Shown: positions 61,552 to 64,000 of the stretch, in pieces
Layout: each line of letters starts with the position of its first letter
Position numbering within the stretch: the first letter of the stretch is position 1
Assembly: GCA_003223395.1 (NCBI GenBank)
Contig: QHUZ01000040.1
Coordinates: forward strand, 69,381 to 133,380
DNA from: Gemmatimonadota bacterium
Lineage (GTDB): Bacteria; Gemmatimonadota; Gemmatimonadetes; Gemmatimonadales; GWC2-71-9
Reading direction: 5' to 3'
Length of the DNA stretch: 64,000 bases
Position numbers and translations under genes: made by a program
Notes under the pieces: model-generated
What the model saw: only the letters and a program-made list of their open reading frames with translations
Told to the model about the DNA's origin: nothing
Databases searched by the model: none

Positions 61552-64000
61552 TCACTTACCAACGAGTTTCTGGAAGCGCGGATGGCCACGCAGCGGATCC
61601 CAGGCTGGATCAATGCGGAGCCAGGCAGGAGTCAGCCACCCGGGGATCGAAAGGAGGTACTCGAGGCGGCTGACAGCGGTGTCGTACTCTCCGACCATCG
61701 TGTAGATGCGAGCCAAGTCGTGCTCATGGCGGTACCCTCGAAACGCCTCCCTCGTGACTGGCAGAAGGTCGACCGCTTTCTTCCCTTCTGCGATCGCCTC
61801 ATCCTTTCGGCCGAGGCCTGCCCAAGCGATCCCGAGCGCGCTATGCAACCGGGGATCGTCGGGATGCTCCCGAAGCTTCCGAGCCACGACATTGCGCGCC
61901 GAATCGTAATAGACCCGCGCCCGCTCGCGATTTCCCATCAGTCCGTAGACCTCTGCGTAGAGCTCGGTTCGCGGGACAAAGCGATTCTGGTCTTGGAACA
62001 CCTCCGGAGGCACGGAAGAGAGCACGTCGAGCGCCGCTTGGTACCGGCGGTCGAAGAGCTCGACCAACTCCCGGGCAATGACGAGGTACGGTTCGTCGGC
62101 GATGCCTTCCCTGCGGGCCTCGTCGAGAATCACCCGAGCCCGCTGCGTGCTGCCGTAGCCACGGAGCGCGACCATCACCCTATTCAAGTACTGTTGAACC
62201 GCGTCGGGCGCAAGCGCCATCGCCCGCTCAAATTGGGCTTCCGCGCGCGGAAAATCCCGCAGCATCATGTAGGTCATACCATAGCCGCCGGCAATTCCGG
62301 GCGAAGCCGGATCGAGTTGCTGTGCTCTCTCGAAATCCACCAGCGACTCACGGAGCCTGCCCTGCCGCTGTCGGAGAGTTGCCCGAGCTTCGAGCAGCTG
62401 GCTGTCGTTGGGGCGACTCGCCTCCACAATCGCGAATTCCCGCAGCGCCCGGTCGTAATCCAAAAAACCGAGCCAGTAGTAAGTGCCCAAGGAGTGGTGT
62501 GCTTCCGGCAGATCAGGAGCCAGCTCCAAGGCCTTGTCGACCGCTCGCTTCGCTGCTGCGAGCCCCTCCGGCGACCGATCGTAGTGAAACAGGTACAAGC
62601 GGGAGCGGATCCGGGAGACCATGGCGTAGGCGAGGGCGAAGCCGGAATCCAGCTCTACTGCCTTCTCGTACATGCGCAGAGCCGTCCGTTGGAACCGCTC
62701 GTCGGGGCCGCGATGCCGGTATTCGTTCCCGCGCAGGTAGTAGTCGTACGCCTGGACGTTGCGGGTCGGCACCGCCTCGATCGTGCGTCGTTGCGGCTCG
62801 AGCAAGGTCAGGTCGAGCGCCTGCACCACCCTCTGGGCGATGTCGGACTGGACCCGGAAAATCTCGTCCGCCGGGTCGTCGTAGACCTCGGCCCACACAT
62901 GCGCGCCGTCCGCTGTGCTCACGAGCTGCGGTGTGACGCGCACCCGGGCTCGACCGTGTGACGGTTGCTCCCAACGGACGCTGCCCTCCAAGATGTACGC
63001 GACCCCGAGCTCCCTACCGATGTCGAGGATCGTCTTCTTGGTGCCCTTGTAGGCAGTGGCGCTCGTGCTCCCGATGACCCGCAAGGCGCTGACTGCGGCC
63101 AGCCGGGCGGTGATCTCCTCCGTCACCCCGTCCGCGAAATACTCCTGCCCGGCGGGACCCAGGTTGGTAAAGGGGAGCACCACGATCCTCTTCGGTGCCC
63201 GCGCGGTCTCCGCCGTGCGAGCACCGAACGAGGGGCGGAAGAGGAACCACCCACCTGTGAGCAGGCCTGCCACGACCAAGGCGAGCGCGACGCTGGCACG
63301 CTTCCAGGCCGCCCGGGAGAGCTGGGTATCGCCCGCCGTGACTGAGGCGTGCAGGGCCGCGCCAGGCTCGGTCGCGGCGCCGCCGCCGGGCGGCACGGCC
63401 TCGGTGGCTGCTGGCTCGGGGGCGGCTGGACGGCGTGGACGGGGAGAGCGTTCCGTTTCTGCTCGCAAGCGCTCGGTAAGGTCCACGACCGCCGGATCGA
63501 GCGCGACGCCCACGTCCTCGCGCAGCTGGCTCTCGTGCACCCGCGCGGTCTGGAGCGCCCCGGCCCGGTCGCCCGCGGCCGCGAGGGCTTTCATCAGGCC
63601 GAGCGCCACGTGTGAGTTGAGGGGATCGAGCGCCGCTAGGCGGCGCCACCACGCGACCGCGGTCTGCTGGTCGCCGCCGGCCGCCGCCTCCGTCGCGAGG
63701 CGCTCCAGCGCCGCGGTGGCGCGCTCGCGCAGCCGGCGTCGCTCCGCCTCCACCCAGCGTTCGAACTCCGCCGCATCGCTGAGATAGAAGCCGTCGAGAA
63801 ACGGGCCCCCGTAGAGCGCGGCCGCCTGCGCCGCGTCACCGCGCTCGAGCGCGGCCTCGAAGGTCTGCATATCGCTGGTGATGACGTCCGGATTGAGCCG
63901 CAGCTGAGTCGTGCCGAGGATGAGATCGGGCTCTCGGAGGTCGCGCCGCAGCACGTAGCAGGCCTGCTTGAGGAGGCCGCGGGCGTGCTCGGCGTCCGCC
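61552..64000 (-). CDS. SARP/BTAD-type regulator with a TM helix, periplasmic TolB-N/CsgG-like module and TPRs (5' end lies right of the window)
   Basis: The frame stays open past listed start 63954 to the window edge (...ADAEHARGLLKQACYVLRRDL). BTAD (FEAALERGDAAQAAALYGGPFLDGF). TM helix VALALVVAGLLTGGWFLF. IVVLPFTNLGP...AYILEGSVRWEQ followed by many TPRs. Confidence 0.8.
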   Translation of the reverse strand, partial: ADAEHARGLLKQACYVLRRDLREPDLILGTTQLRLNPDVITSDMQTFEAALERGDAAQAAALYGGPFLDGFYLSDAAEFERWVEAERRRLRERATAALERLATEAAAGGDQQTAVAWWRRLAALDPLNSHVALGLMKALAAAGDRAGALQTARVHESQLREDVGVALDPAVVDLTERLRAETERSPRPRRPAAPEPAATEAVPPGGGAATEPGAALHASVTAGDTQLSRAAWKRASVALALVVAGLLTGGWFLFRPSFGARTAETARAPKRIVVLPFTNLGPAGQEYFADGVTEEITARLAAVSALRVIGSTSATAYKGTKKTILDIGRELGVAYILEGSVRWEQPSHGRARVRVTPQLVSTADGAHVWAEVYDDPADEIFRVQSDIAQRVVQALDLTLLEPQRRTIEAVPTRNVQAYDYYLRGNEYRHRGPDERFQRTALRMYEKAVELDSGFALAYAMVSRIRSRLYLFHYDRSPEGLAAAKRAVDKALELAPDLPEAHHSLGTYYWLGFLDYDRALREFAIVEASRPNDSQLLEARATLRQRQGRLRESLVDFERAQQLDPASPGIAGGYGMTYMMLRDFPRAEAQFERAMALAPDAVQQYLNRVMVALRGYGSTQRARVILDEARREGIADEPYLVIARELVELFDRRYQAALDVLSSVPPEVFQDQNRFVPRTELYAEVYGLMGNRERARVYYDSARNVVARKLREHPDDPRLHSALGIAWAGLGRKDEAIAEGKKAVDLLPVTREAFRGYRHEHDLARIYTMVGEYDTAVSRLEYLLSIPGWLTPAWLRIDPAWDPLRGHPRFQKLVGK

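Noticed and set aside
60940-62961. A 673-aa plus-strand ORF bridging two genes.
   Set aside because: It is out of frame over the 60473-61477 coding frame and antisense to the BTAD/TPR regulator. It crosses the strong hairpin at 61504-61535, and its composition is Arg-rich.
1-64000. A search by eye for CRISPR arrays, tRNA or rRNA genes, transposases, integrases, phage genes and known defence-system genes.
   Set aside because: None was found. Intergenic spacers are all under 240 nt and none shows cloverleaf-like or repeat-spacer structure. Absence should be confirmed with tRNAscan-SE, Infernal, and CRISPR and defence-system finders.

Overview
This is a GC-rich bacterial chromosomal window, densely coding on both strands. 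I saw no rRNA, tRNA, CRISPR array, transposase or integrase. All calls come from reading the ORF translations and DNA by eye and from remembered family motifs; no database or HMM search was run.

The left half (1-33.5 kb) is mostly housekeeping, organised in long operons whose genes are joined by overlapping stop/start codons (ATGA or GTGA):
- a hydantoinase/oxoprolinase A/B pair plus a half-size TauE-like permease
- Crp-like regulator -> MBL hydrolase -> CsgG-like protein -> GAF/HD-GYP phosphodiesterase
- rpmE-prfA-prmC-YlbF-like-tmk-S41 protease-DUF2520-like
- a minus-strand chain: SPOR lipoprotein -> SPOR protein with a degenerate P-loop domain -> smc -> S8 protease -> MBL hydrolase -> DAHP synthase -> lolA-like
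- a 1081-aa Omp85-type fusion protein, then rsfS
- rpsF-rpsR-DUF2232-like-rplI
- prs-rplY-pth-ychF

The right half (33.5-64 kb) is a signalling and envelope accessory region:
- a Ser/Thr kinase and two BTAD-type regulators that share one periplasmic sensor module plus TPRs
- a Spy/CpxP-like protein, a DPP-IV-like S9 peptidase and an Oar-like TonB-dependent receptor
- a run of eight predicted lipoproteins (RCC1, alpha/beta hydrolase-like, two tandem PD40 paralogs, Ig-PD40, FN3, S8 protease, CarboxypepD_reg-like)

The best candidate for an undescribed system lies at about 49.8-57.7 kb. A soluble Ser/Thr kinase fused to a BRCT-like domain sits divergent from a translationally coupled operon of ECF sigma, ZAS anti-sigma, TPR-CHAT (caspase-fold) protein and Ig/PD40 lipoprotein. 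This resembles the TPR-CHAT/sigma-factor logic of type III-E CRISPR systems, but no CRISPR or cas genes are present.

Other points worth a second look:
- pth has no canonical start codon and lies in frame behind the rplY stop codon.
- Periodic short repeats occupy the only non-overlapping junctions of two long operons (8.3 kb and 17.4 kb).
- An inverted octamer array covers the lolA-like start codon.
- A decayed BRCT gene fragment forms a direct repeat around the PD40 gene pair.
- One lipoprotein gene is frameshifted.
- The DPP-IV homolog appears to carry an in-frame deletion.

The family mix suggests a Gemmatimonadota-like organism, by inference only.
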